Notes under the pieces: model-generated
What the model was told of the DNA's origin: nothing
The model's input: only the letters and a program-made list of their open reading frames with translations
The model's database searches: none
Program-made: the position numbers and the translations under genes
In this document: piece after piece, positions 35,960-47,400 of the stretch
Layout of the letters: the number at the start of each line of letters is the position of its first letter
How positions within the stretch are numbered: the stretch's first letter is position 1
Source: a virus
Taxonomy: Duplodnaviria > Caudoviricetes
Strand: one strand, 5' to 3'
DNA: 64,000 nt
IMG/VR virus record: IMGVR_UViG_3300032330_000956
Location: 1-64,000 of that record

Positions 35960-36423
35960 CTTTCACTCGCATTAATTGTATATTCGTATTCTGCTGCTCC
36001 AGGCACATCATCAAAAACTAATGACGCAACCCATCTAACCATACCATCTGATGATGCAGAATTATCTTCTAGTTGATATGAAGTTACATCAATTGCTAGA
36101 TTTTGAGGGGCATCCAAAAAACCTACCACATCTTCAATCATTAAATCATCTTGAGTTGGCACTACCTCGCTATTATCTTCTGAAAGCATTGAATCTGGGT
36201 CAAACATCTCTCCAAAAGAATCATCAAAATAGTTTTTCTGTTCAAGATCTTGGATTTCAGCTTCTTGGTCAATAATTTCATAAACAACATCAGAAGATTC
36301 TAATCTGTCAATAGTATTTCTGGGATCGTCCCGATAAATAGTTATTTTCTTTTTAGTTGGAACTGTTGCTGGATTTACATATTTATGAGACTTTGTTGGT
36401 CTATGGTTAACATGACTTTTCAT
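35956..36423 (-). CDS. Acidic tail-associated hypothetical protein
   Basis: FN3-like C-terminus; TGGTATAAT at 36445-36453 and GGAGG RBS. Confidence 0.6.
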   Translation of the reverse strand: MKSHVNHRPTKSHKYVNPATVPTKKKITIYRDDPRNTIDRLESSDVVYEIIDQEAEIQDLEQKNYFDDSFGEMFDPDSMLSEDNSEVVPTQDDLMIEDVVGFLDAPQNLAIDVTSYQLEDNSASSDGMVRWVASLVFDDVPGAAEYEYTINASES

Positions 36424-36454
36424 ACTTACTCCTCCAATTACTATATTATACCAT

Positions 36455-39400
36455 CTATGGCATTATTATGGGTTTTATCGTTAATTGTGTTTCAGACAAT
36501 CCTTCGCTAAATCCCTGACTTACTGATGTTACAAGGCAGATTAAGGGCTTTGAACTATCCGTACCAATTCTTTTTAAAGTATAAACTAATTTAACAAAAT
36601 CCCCAACTTGAATCAATGGGTTTCCAAAAATAGAAATACTAATATCTGTATAGAAAGTATTAGCGGATTTTGATAGCAATTCCATCATGCCATCAATGTC
36701 TTTTTCAGATCCAACCCAATCTGCATTTAATTCAATACTCAGTCTTTGATTTGAATCAATGACACGTTCAACTCTTTTTTGCTCTGAAAGAAGCTGATAT
36801 TGTGACCAAATTTCTATTGGTTCGTGAGAGTTGTTATCTGTTCCAGATGAAAGTTCTACCGTTTCATTGCAGTTATTAACAACTACAAATTTAGACCTGA
36901 ATGGCGATGCATAAAGACTGGAATACATCAAATCATTTTTTGTGATAGGTCCCGAAATTCCAGCTTTATTATTGGTTGTAGTAGCACTTGCTCTAGATCC
37001 ATATACAACTGGAATAATTTTTGCTGTCCAAGGAATAATCGGTGTTAGTGCATTTGTAACATCGTAAAGCTTTATTCCTCTTGCTTGTGGTTGTGATTGG
37101 AATAAATATAAATTTGTTGTTTGATTAGGATTTTTAAATACTAAATTATTTAAAAAGTTTTTTGATGTAAAAAAGTATCTAGCATGAGATTCATATTGCT
37201 CTACTGGAATATTTTTTCCGTTTGTATCTGGAAGCACTGTGTCTGCATAAATTTCTTTAATATGCATTGTTACAGATTGATTAGTATCATTACATTTTAC
37301 ATAAGCCCCAAAATTAGAACCCGCAGTTCCTTGAGAAAATCCTTTAAAGACACTTACGGTTGAAATCTTTTTTCCATCTACAGCAATATCAATATATCCA
37401 TTTGAAATGTACATAGATAATCTGTGGGTTTCTCCATCAAACATTCTTGGCAAGGAAATGTTTTCTATATATGCTATCTGCTTCCCACCTGATGGACTAA
37501 GCCTATACAAAGAAAGATAATACACGATGCCACGCTTTCCTGTAGAAGATTGCTTTGATGTAATCTCTAAGAAAAAGGTAGAGTTACTTTCCTTTGATCC
37601 AATTACAACATCTGAGTTTATTCCAGTCATATTAAAGAATATTCCTATAGATGCATTATGCAAATCTGTCCAATGACCAGTAACAACTTTTCTAGTTTGA
37701 TTTCCGTTTTTATCCGCTACCCACTTTTTTCCACTCCAATGACCATGCTGTGTTTTAGTAACATCCTTTACATCAGAGTTTGATGCGGGGGGAACGGAAA
37801 AATCTATTGCATACAAATTGTATCCTGCATCTTTTTGATTTTGTGGCGACATAAGGACATATTCGCCTTTCTTTTTTGCAGTCACAACAAGATCATTTGA
37901 CTTGATTGTAAATCTTGAAACTTTATCGTTTAATACAGCTTTTGTATCTGAAGTAGAATACAAGTATGTCTTAAATTGATTTTGAATATTATCTGGAGAA
38001 TAAATAATATGATCTGAAACAAGAGTTCCATATTTTCCTCTTTGTAGATTAACTAATCTTCCTGTTGGTTCATACTCAACTGAAGTAATTAAGTTTGTAT
38101 AAGAATTTCTAACTTCTTCAATTGCTTGGCTAATGTCTGCAGAACCTTTAATAATTTTTGTAATATACCCAGCATGATTTGTAGATGGATAAAATATGTA
38201 TTCCATACCATTGTATCCAACAATTTCATTTCCAATCAGAAGGTCTCCCGCATAATTGCTAATTGCTTTTTTTGGACCAGCAAAAGTAATGTTTGGATTA
38301 AAATGAATAGAATTTGATGTAGATCTCAAACTTTTTCTTAATTCAAATTTAGGAAGAGATATTGCTGATTCTTCCCACCAAATTTTTGGAGAAGATACGC
38401 TATTCTTAAAAAATACTTCTTTTGCTCCAGACTTGGCATTTCTTTTATCGTCTGCAACGCTGTCAAAAACTTTTGGAGTTTTGTAGTTAATAATAATTTT
38501 TCCTACTTTTTCAGAGATCTCTTCTGAATAACTATCTGAAATAATATTTGGATAATAAGTTATTCCACTAGCGGAAGTATTGGTATCTGTAATTGCAAAA
38601 TTAACTGATCCTGAATTTTTATTAAATGTTTGTAAAATTTTTGCAAGGCTTTGGAATCTCATAATTCCATACTCATCTATGAACGCCCCAATTTGATTGG
38701 CAATAAAAAGATCTTGCAAGTTTTCAAAAACGGATTTTGATTCATCGTACCAAAAACTGCTTGTGTTTGCTATATCTTGACATATGTATTTGAGAACATC
38801 ATAATCATAGTCACTAAATCCAGAAATATTTAGCATGGTTTTGATAACAGAAAAAAGATTTTCATTTCTTGATGAATAAGGTGTTGAATCAATTCCTTGA
38901 TAAAACTTTGTAATATCAAAAAGTTCTACTGAGACATTACTGATATCATCAATCCTCCAGCCATTTGAATACAAAACAAACTGACTAACATTTTCTGTAA
39001 GATCTGGCTGGAATGATGGAGATGTAAGGAATCCCGTAAACTTAACTCCCTGCCTCATAAGGTTATAAAATGTTGCACTAGATGACTGATTTTCAAAAAT
39101 AGTGTATGCGGATACATCATCTTGGTAAAAAGGAATATTGCTTATAGAAATAGTTCCACTATTTGAATTAATATAAGACAGGGGAAAACTATTTGAATTT
39201 GGAGAAGTTAATTCTTTTCTTACAGAATAATCTTGAACAATGGGAGTAATATCTACTTCAAGTCTTGGGGATAGCTCTATCAGGTGTAATCTAGTTTTAT
39301 CGTTATCGGATAGGTACTTTGAGTAGGTTGTCTTTGCAGTAGTGTTTGCACTAAAGCTAATTCCAACAACATTGTTAACAACATTTTGGAATGTCCCGCT

Positions 39401-40948
39401 TGAGCTTAATTGTGGTGGTGTTGTCCAAGAACTTGTTGACCAAGAAGAACCATTATAATATAAGGTTGTAAGACCAGAATTATTAAAGTCTGATGATGAT
39501 AAACTAATTGTAGATGGGGTACTTCCAGAACCTGTATATAGAACAACGCTTCCAGAATTAATTGTTTGAAATGTAGTAGCATACTTAATAACAATTTTAT
39601 TAATTGATAAATTAGAGTTATATCTTGCTTGAATTGATTGCTTGACACTATCAGAAATATAATATTTAAATTTTTCATAACCATCTGGCAAGATTTGTTG
39701 CTGAGGACTAAGAATTTCTTTTGCAATATATGACTGTGGATTTTTTACAGCAAAAGTTACAGGTTTTGTTGTTGATGCCGAACTGCCATTATAAACTGCT
39801 TTATCTTTGCTTGGAAGAAAAGGATGTAGTAATGCTTCTCCAGGTCGCATAGCTGAAAATGCTGATTCTGGTGGATAGTATTCGTTAAGAAAAAAATTGT
39901 GTTCTGTTATTGGATATAATTCAATTTTATCTACCCACAAAATTGAATTTTCATATTCAGATACCATGTCAAAAGATAGTTGAGCATAACTCATATCTGG
40001 AGAATTAGTATCATTTGGCACTCCAAACCAAACCTCAACTTTCTTCCAAGTATCTACAACTGCCTCAACTGTGCTAATATTTTTGTTTAGTGTGCCAGTT
40101 GTAATATCTGTTGATCGTACAAACTGATAGACATCTACACTTTGACTAGATGAGTTGTAGGCGTTAATTTTTGGAGTAACAAAAACGTGTGGATTAAATG
40201 CTGCCGAAGGATATGCATCGGCATGCTTTGATAAATTATCTGTATACGAAAGTGATGATGTTGTTGTTCTATATGAACTATCAACCTTTCCGTTAACTGA
40301 ACGATAAATTCTATATGCTGTAGCATTGTCATTTTTGTACCAACTTAAATAAACCGTTCCACTTCCACTAGAATAAACATCAATAGCATCTAAACTGTTT
40401 ATATTTTTTACTTGCTCCCCGTTTGAATTAATACCAGCAACTCGATAAGTGTAAAGATTTGTACCAGAACTACTTACGTTGGCATTTTTAATTTGAGTGT
40501 ATAGAGCATCCCCATCTGTATAATTAATTCCCGCCGTTTTTACAAAAAATACAAATTTATAAAAATAAGATGTTTTGGGCAGGGTAATAGAGTCGGATAT
40601 AACCCTTGACGCAATAATTCCAGACTCTTTGGAATCGGATGGGTCTATTTTGTCTAATGTTGTAAATTGTAGAACTGTTGATGCTGTATCGGTAGGATCT
40701 GGAATTCCTTGTCCAGATATTGAAACTATTGAAGAGTTTGTAGTGCTTGAACTTCCATTACTTACAAAACCATTATTCCAAAATGATGCAGAGTTAAGAC
40801 TTGCAGTAGCAATAGAAGTTCCACTTGATGATGTAACAACATATGGTTGAATGAATGAATTATAATTCCATTCCGCCCAAATTTGTGGAAGAATTGCAAT
40901 AGAATTAGCAGATGCAAATAGCTGTTGTGTTAATGAACTTCCTAACAT
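36455..40948 (-). CDS. Large minor tail (hub/tip) protein
   Basis: 1497 aa, directly after the Dit-like gene; GAFIDEYG.MRF and FGNPLIQVGD hub motifs. Confidence 0.85.
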   Translation of the reverse strand: MLGSSLTQQLFASANSIAILPQIWAEWNYNSFIQPYVVTSSSGTSIATASLNSASFWNNGFVSNGSSSTTNSSIVSISGQGIPDPTDTASTVLQFTTLDKIDPSDSKESGIIASRVISDSITLPKTSYFYKFVFFVKTAGINYTDGDALYTQIKNANVSSSGTNLYTYRVAGINSNGEQVKNINSLDAIDVYSSGSGTVYLSWYKNDNATAYRIYRSVNGKVDSSYRTTTSSLSYTDNLSKHADAYPSAAFNPHVFVTPKINAYNSSSQSVDVYQFVRSTDITTGTLNKNISTVEAVVDTWKKVEVWFGVPNDTNSPDMSYAQLSFDMVSEYENSILWVDKIELYPITEHNFFLNEYYPPESAFSAMRPGEALLHPFLPSKDKAVYNGSSASTTKPVTFAVKNPQSYIAKEILSPQQQILPDGYEKFKYYISDSVKQSIQARYNSNLSINKIVIKYATTFQTINSGSVVLYTGSGSTPSTISLSSSDFNNSGLTTLYYNGSSWSTSSWTTPPQLSSSGTFQNVVNNVVGISFSANTTAKTTYSKYLSDNDKTRLHLIELSPRLEVDITPIVQDYSVRKELTSPNSNSFPLSYINSNSGTISISNIPFYQDDVSAYTIFENQSSSATFYNLMRQGVKFTGFLTSPSFQPDLTENVSQFVLYSNGWRIDDISNVSVELFDITKFYQGIDSTPYSSRNENLFSVIKTMLNISGFSDYDYDVLKYICQDIANTSSFWYDESKSVFENLQDLFIANQIGAFIDEYGIMRFQSLAKILQTFNKNSGSVNFAITDTNTSASGITYYPNIISDSYSEEISEKVGKIIINYKTPKVFDSVADDKRNAKSGAKEVFFKNSVSSPKIWWEESAISLPKFELRKSLRSTSNSIHFNPNITFAGPKKAISNYAGDLLIGNEIVGYNGMEYIFYPSTNHAGYITKIIKGSADISQAIEEVRNSYTNLITSVEYEPTGRLVNLQRGKYGTLVSDHIIYSPDNIQNQFKTYLYSTSDTKAVLNDKVSRFTIKSNDLVVTAKKKGEYVLMSPQNQKDAGYNLYAIDFSVPPASNSDVKDVTKTQHGHWSGKKWVADKNGNQTRKVVTGHWTDLHNASIGIFFNMTGINSDVVIGSKESNSTFFLEITSKQSSTGKRGIVYYLSLYRLSPSGGKQIAYIENISLPRMFDGETHRLSMYISNGYIDIAVDGKKISTVSVFKGFSQGTAGSNFGAYVKCNDTNQSVTMHIKEIYADTVLPDTNGKNIPVEQYESHARYFFTSKNFLNNLVFKNPNQTTNLYLFQSQPQARGIKLYDVTNALTPIIPWTAKIIPVVYGSRASATTTNNKAGISGPITKNDLMYSSLYASPFRSKFVVVNNCNETVELSSGTDNNSHEPIEIWSQYQLLSEQKRVERVIDSNQRLSIELNADWVGSEKDIDGMMELLSKSANTFYTDISISIFGNPLIQVGDFVKLVYTLKRIGTDSSKPLICLVTSVSQGFSEGLSETQLTIKPIIMP

Positions 40949-41472
40949 TAAATCTCCGTAAACTCTATTTGAACATTAACAATATCCGTTAGCTTGTATC
41001 TCTTAACTATATTATAGTTAAAGTTGGTCATGAAAGCCTGAATTGTTTCAAAGGCAGCAGATGATGTTGATGGATAAAATGCTGAACTAGAATTTGCGGA
41101 TGCAGTATCTTGAGAGTGTGCAACTCTTAAATAAATTGGTTTAAATAGATTTGTTTCATAGAATGATTTCATCCAAGCCCCACCCTTATATCCATCAACA
41201 GTCATTGTATATCCACCATATGTGGTAGATGATGATGCGGGATTTGCTGGAGTGCCTGTTCCAGAAGGAATTTCATTCCAAGAAACACTAAATCTTTTTT
41301 TCTTTGACACAACATATTTTCGCATAGTACCATTTGCCATGCGTTGTGCTTTTTCAATAATTTCATATCCAATATCAATAGGCTGGCGGTTATGATCGGT
41401 AAGTTGATAAAAAGTTGTAGATGCTGCTGATGTAGCAACTGAAATACCTGCTGATGCGGAATAATAAGGCAT
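40948..41472 (-). CDS. Distal tail protein-like
   Basis: Follows the tape measure; RMANGTMRKYVVSKKKRFSVSW. Confidence 0.75.
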   Translation of the reverse strand: MPYYSASAGISVATSAASTTFYQLTDHNRQPIDIGYEIIEKAQRMANGTMRKYVVSKKKRFSVSWNEIPSGTGTPANPASSSTTYGGYTMTVDGYKGGAWMKSFYETNLFKPIYLRVAHSQDTASANSSSAFYPSTSSAAFETIQAFMTNFNYNIVKRYKLTDIVNVQIEFTEI

Positions 41473-41473
41473 T

Positions 41474-44400
41474 TTATCCTAAAGTCCTTCCAGTAGACAT
41501 ACTTCTACTTTCTCTTTGAATTGTTCTCATGACGGTTCTTGCAATTTCATCGGGATTGGCATTTGTGTCAACGCTTACGTTAATATTATACACTGAATTG
41601 TCACTAAACGAGTTATTATTATCACTAGCCATACCTCCAAATGAATAGTGTTTTGCTAACCCCCCAGCAGCATAATGTGGACCAAATGAGCCATCATTAA
41701 TAGCATTCATTAAGCCTACCCCATATTTACCAACCGAATTAGCTCTAACAACATACTCACCATTTGAAAGCATGGCGGGAATTGAATCTGAAGTCATAGT
41801 TCCTGGACCAGATATGTAACCACCAAACGCATAATTTTTGCCAGTAGCTGGATTAATAACGGGATGCCCATCCGATACCATTCCTGTGGTATCTAGTGAT
41901 GCTGGTGTATCTAAGGTTTTTCCATTTTCTGCATCCCATTGCAACCATTTATTTTCTTCCTTGCTCCAAACAAATTCTGAACCATTTGGTGTAAACCCAT
42001 GCATACCGTCTTTTACTCTTACAGGTTTTTTGTTTTTATTTGTTCCTGGGGACTCTGTTGCATCCCAGATAGATTTTGCTCTAGACACAGCTGCTGTTGC
42101 AGTTGTTCCTGGGTGAGCAATCATAATTCCTGCAGCAGTTTGTCTAACAAAATCTTTTTCTGCTTTTGTTGCAATTCCTGCCAGCATTCCAGAAACTTTA
42201 TCAATTGCTGCAGCAGCATTCAAAATAGATTGAATTCCAGGACTTTTTGAAACATTGTCAAAATAAGTGTGCCATTTATCTAGACTAATTCCCGAATCTG
42301 CAACAAGTTTTTTAATGCCATCATCTCCAGAAAGTGCTTTCCATGCAGACTTTGCATCTTTATATTTTCCACTTGTAAGTGCAGCAACCATTTTTTCTGC
42401 CAGTGTTTCTGCAGATGTTGCTGTGTTTTTGGTTGCTGTATCTACTGTAACTACAGTGCTATTGATTACACCCAACTGAGTAGTTAAAGCTTTTAGTTGA
42501 GTTTGTGCAGCATCAATTGCTGCCTGATGCCTTGCAATTTTTGCATCATCTGAAGCATCTGCTCGATCTTTTTTCTTTTGCTCGGCTTGTTTTAGCAACT
42601 CTTCATTGTAAGCACTTTGAGCAGCAGCCATTGCAACAAGATCTCCAGTAGCACCCGCTCTGGTAATTCCCATTTTAAGATCTGCCAAAGTTCGTTCATT
42701 TTGAATTTGTCTGTTTTGGGCATCTGCTACTTTATTTCTAGCTTCTTTTTCTTTATTAATCTCATCAATATAACCTTGTTCTTTTTCAATGGCTGCATTA
42801 ACATGATCAATTTCTGCTTGTTTAGCATCTATAGAAGCTTGATGTGCTGCTTCCTTTGCTTTTTGAACTTTTTCAGCGTTTGCTGCAGCATTAGTATCAT
42901 TTTTTCCAGCAAGGTCTATAAGTCCCTGGAATCCAGTCATTCCCGCAGATTTTGCAGCATATATATCCATCATGCCATTTAAAGCATCTACGTTGCTGGT
43001 TAAAGCAAGAACTTGTTTATCTGTTATACTAAATCCAGCATTTGCCAAAGCGTCATACTTTGCAACACTATCTAAGCTAATGCCAGATTTATCAAGTTTA
43101 GTATTTAATTCAGCAAGTCTTGGATTTGTTGCGGAAACAACATTATTAAATTCTTTGAATGCTGCTGTGCTAGTTTTAAATTTACCAGAAACTGCCCCAG
43201 ATAATCCTTGAATTTGTTTTGTAAACAATGCAAAATCTGGATTTTGTGCTGCTTGAGCAAGAACATCTCCCATGACGGTTGTTGAAGGAGCTTTACTTAA
43301 TGTATAATTTAAAGAATTTTCTTTAGTAAGATTCTTAACACCCATACCGCCAAGCACTTCACCAGTTTGTCCAACTGTTGCACCTGCACCCTGCAAATAC
43401 GCTTTAACTGCAGCATTGGCTTTTACCTTAGATCCTGTTAGTTCAAGGGTGCTTGCATAAGTAGTTGCCATAAGACCTTGAACTTTTTTAATGTCTTTGT
43501 CTTTTAATGCATCTTTCAAGTTCTTCATTGTTTTTTGAACTTCTGGGTCGTCAGAGTTTTTAAAGCTTTCCGCTAAATTATCAATAGTTTGTTTCATTCT
43601 GCTTGCAGCAGTAGAAAATGATTTAGACGAAAGAATGGTAGCATTACCAAATCCTTTAAGGCTTACTCCAAATGCTTCCATCGATGATGTTCCCATAAGA
43701 ACTGCTGATTTTAATCCCGCTGCTGTATCTTCTGCTTTAACTTTTTGTTCTGAGAACCATTTTGTAGCCAGCCCGCCAACGCCACCAAGTGCAGCACCAA
43801 TTGCTGCTCCATATGGTCCAAACATAGCACCTAAAGATGCTCCCTTTGCCATTCCGCCTACTGCAGACTGTCCAAGACCTTCTGGCATTCTACTTGTAAG
43901 TGCATCTCCCGCAGCCGTAATCAATGGGGCAGCCATCATACCACCCATACTAAACTTAAGTTTACTCTTGCCCTCCGAATCTTTTAACGAACCTTTAATT
44001 TTGTCCATCATGGAACCACTAGAAAGCCCACCACTAGAACCAATCATTTTTGCATTTGCTCTTTGATCTTTCATATCTTTAAGATTTTGTTTAAATGTTT
44101 CACCAATTCCTGGCAATGTATTTTTCATTTTAAAATTAAAATTACTAAATGTGGTAGCAACAGTGCTTAGACCATTCTTTACTGAACTTGCTGCCGATGA
44201 AATTGCTGTACCAACCTGTGATTGTTCCGATGCTCCTGTAGCAAAACCTGGAGCTTGTTTTAGAACTGCTCTATTTGCACCAGAACCACCATATCTTATC
44301 TGATCTGATGGGGTAATTCCAGCAATTGTGCTTGCGTTTCTAATACGACTAAAAAGACCACCTATGCCAAATTTAGGAACATGACCGCCATTTGCAAATT

Positions 44401-47400
44401 TTGCTGTACCGTTATTAATCCCTGCCATAAATGATGATCCATGTGCTGCAGTTGCTTGAGGGGACATGACGTATTCTCCATTTGAAAGCATAGCAGGAAT
44501 TTGTCCACCATTGGATGCTCCAAGTGCAGTCATCATGGACTTGAAGATCTTTAAGCCAGTTCTGCCTCTTCCTGCTGCAAGTTGTTCTAAAGGAACAGTT
44601 TGAATTCTTTTTGGACTTCTTGCTTTATTTGCTCCTGCAGCATTTTGAATGTATTCTCCATTCTTGAATGGGGTTCCGTCTGCATTATAATGATCCCATT
44701 GAGTAGTTGAGATACCTGGTCTTCTAGTAACATAGGTTTCTCCGCTCTCGCTATAATATCTGACAGAACGATTTGGCATTACTTTTCTATTTGGAAAGCC
44801 TTCACGCACCCTTGTAGCACTTAATGCTCCTCTTGTCTCAGTTCCTTGTAATGATAAGTTTTTAGCAATAGATCTATAAATTTTTCTATCTTCTGGATTA
44901 TTAAAAATATTATTTTTTGCAAAACCATACCAGTCTTTGTCAGTCACCCTTGCTCGACCCATTTTCTGCAAATCAATTAAATAATTCATAGTTTTGTTTT
45001 TGTATTCAGCTGCTTTAGCTTCAGCGAAAAGACTAGCTTTTCTTGGACCCATTTTTTCAATAACAGAAGCGTATATATTTTTTTCTAAATCTCTTGTTGC
45101 CCAGGGAGTCTGCAACTCATGTAATAACCTTGATATGGGTGTTCCAGTTTTTTTGCCAAGTTGATGATTTGTAATTTCATTTATATTGAATCCATAGCCA
45201 ACATGTCTTTCGTATCCTGGATCTATTTTTTTATCTGGTGCTATAGCATGAGCAAAAGCATCTTCTTTATCACCATATCTTCTAACTGGCTGATTCTTTG
45301 TTGTTGGATCGGAAAAATATTGAACTGGTCCACCTGTAGCATATCCTTTATTAATGGCATCAAGGGTGTCTCTGCCATACTTGTTTACGGATGATGCTTT
45401 GATTACATATTCCCCGCCCGAAAGCATTGCTGGAACCTTATCATCTTTTGGTCCACCTGGACCACTTACATATCCGCCAACAGCAAATTTTTGAATAAGA
45501 CCGCCATTTGCATGTCCAGCAATAAGTGCGCCTTGTCTTGTATAAGAAGCATCTCTTGTTGCAAGTCTTCTAAGAGAACGCATCCACGCTCCGCCCTTAG
45601 CTTCTCCAGCCATAGAAATTCCAGATTGTGCTTCTGCTCCAATCAAGGCTGCTTCAAATGTGGTTTGTGCTTGAGCGAGATTAGCAGCAAGTTCTGCAGT
45701 CATCATATTTACCATATTGGCAACTTGTGTTCCTGCTGCTAAAACTTCTTCTTTAAATGCTACGAATGCTTTACTTAGTGCAGCTGGTTTGTCAACAATT
45801 GCTGGATCTGATGTTATAGCAAGAATTTCGGCATTCAATGCCTTAAGTTGGCTTTCTTCTGCATTAAGTAATGCATAGTTTGTTTCAACGTGAGTAACAA
45901 TAGTCTTATGGAATTCTTGTTCGCTAAAACTAACTTTTCCAATTGCTTTTTCTATTTCTAGTTGTTGTTCTGCAACTGGCAAAGCCCTAATCTTTTCTAG
46001 CTGTTGGGCTGCTAAAGAATCTTGTGCAATTGTACCACTAAGAATGTCGTCATGAATTTTTTCTAAATGAACTAATCCTCTTGTCATTACATCAGCTTTT
46101 GAAACACCAGTTTTTCCGCCATGAATAACATCTTCGTCTTTAAATTTTCTTTGGAGTTCTGCTTCTAAAGATCCTTCTGGAACTGCTTTGAATTGCGCTG
46201 TCAATCCCTCTGACATATATTTCTTTTGATAATCCTCATCTTTTCCAAGTAATGCTTGTTGGATGCTTGGATAGTTTGCCTGTTGTTCTGGAGACATTCC
46301 TTGCCAACCAGAATGTAGGCGGGATCCTGGGAACATATGAGGTCTTTCAATTCCTTGAATTTTTTTCTTGTCTGCTAAATAAGGATTAAGCATTTGCATT
46401 TCAGCAAGGGTTTTTCCAGAATAATCTGTTACTTGCTTACCAATATTTTTAACACCACCGCCAGTAAAAATACCAACTGGGTTTTTAGCAATAGCCTCTA
46501 GGTTCATTCTTAATTCTTGAACAGCAACATTTAAGACACCAAAAGCTTGTTCAGCACTAATTGCTGAATCTCTCATAAAGTCTACATTTCTTGAGGCAGC
46601 AAGTGATGATACATCAATCTTTTCAAAGAAGTTAGACATTGCTCCAAGAGCACCCTTAATACCACCATCCTTAATGCCATCCTTAAACATTCTAAAGTAT
46701 AAAGCACCCTTCATTAAGCTTCCCACAAGGTTCATAAACAAACCAGAAAGCATAAGGATTGGACCAACTAATGCACCAAGTGTAAGAATTCCACCCAAAA
46801 TGTTTTTAAGTGGTCCAAGTTTGTTGATAAATTGCAGGACTTTAGAAAAAGCATTCATAATTACTGTAGCAAACTTAGTTACCTGCTGACCAATTGGAAG
46901 CATGGCAGCCTTAAAAGATTCCATAGCTCTTCTGTATCGACCTGTAACACTATTTGCTTGTTGGTCTAATTCTGCTTTGGCAAGATTGGCAAGGGATGTA
47001 TTGGATGCTCCTGCCAATTTAAATACTTGTTCTGTCTGGCTTCCTGCCTGACCTAAGTTATTAATAAGTGCTGTCATTTTAGCAAATTGGAATTTACCAA
47101 AAAGTTGTTCAATTAATTGAAGTCTTTGTTGTGGGTCAATGTTTGCAAGAGATGCTTGTAAATCCTGAACCATTAACATTAAGTTTCCAGCGTCTTTTGT
47201 TGTAATAGACTTAATACTAATTCCCATTGCATCGAAGGCTTTTACCGCTTTTGTACTTGGGTTAATTAAGGAAGCCATAGCAGATTTAATGGCATTTGCA
47301 CCTTCTGCTGCAGGAACTCCAGCTTCTCTTAGAGCAACCATCATAGCAGCAAGATCTTTGTATGACCCGCCAAGATCTGAAACCACGTTTGCTGCTCTTG

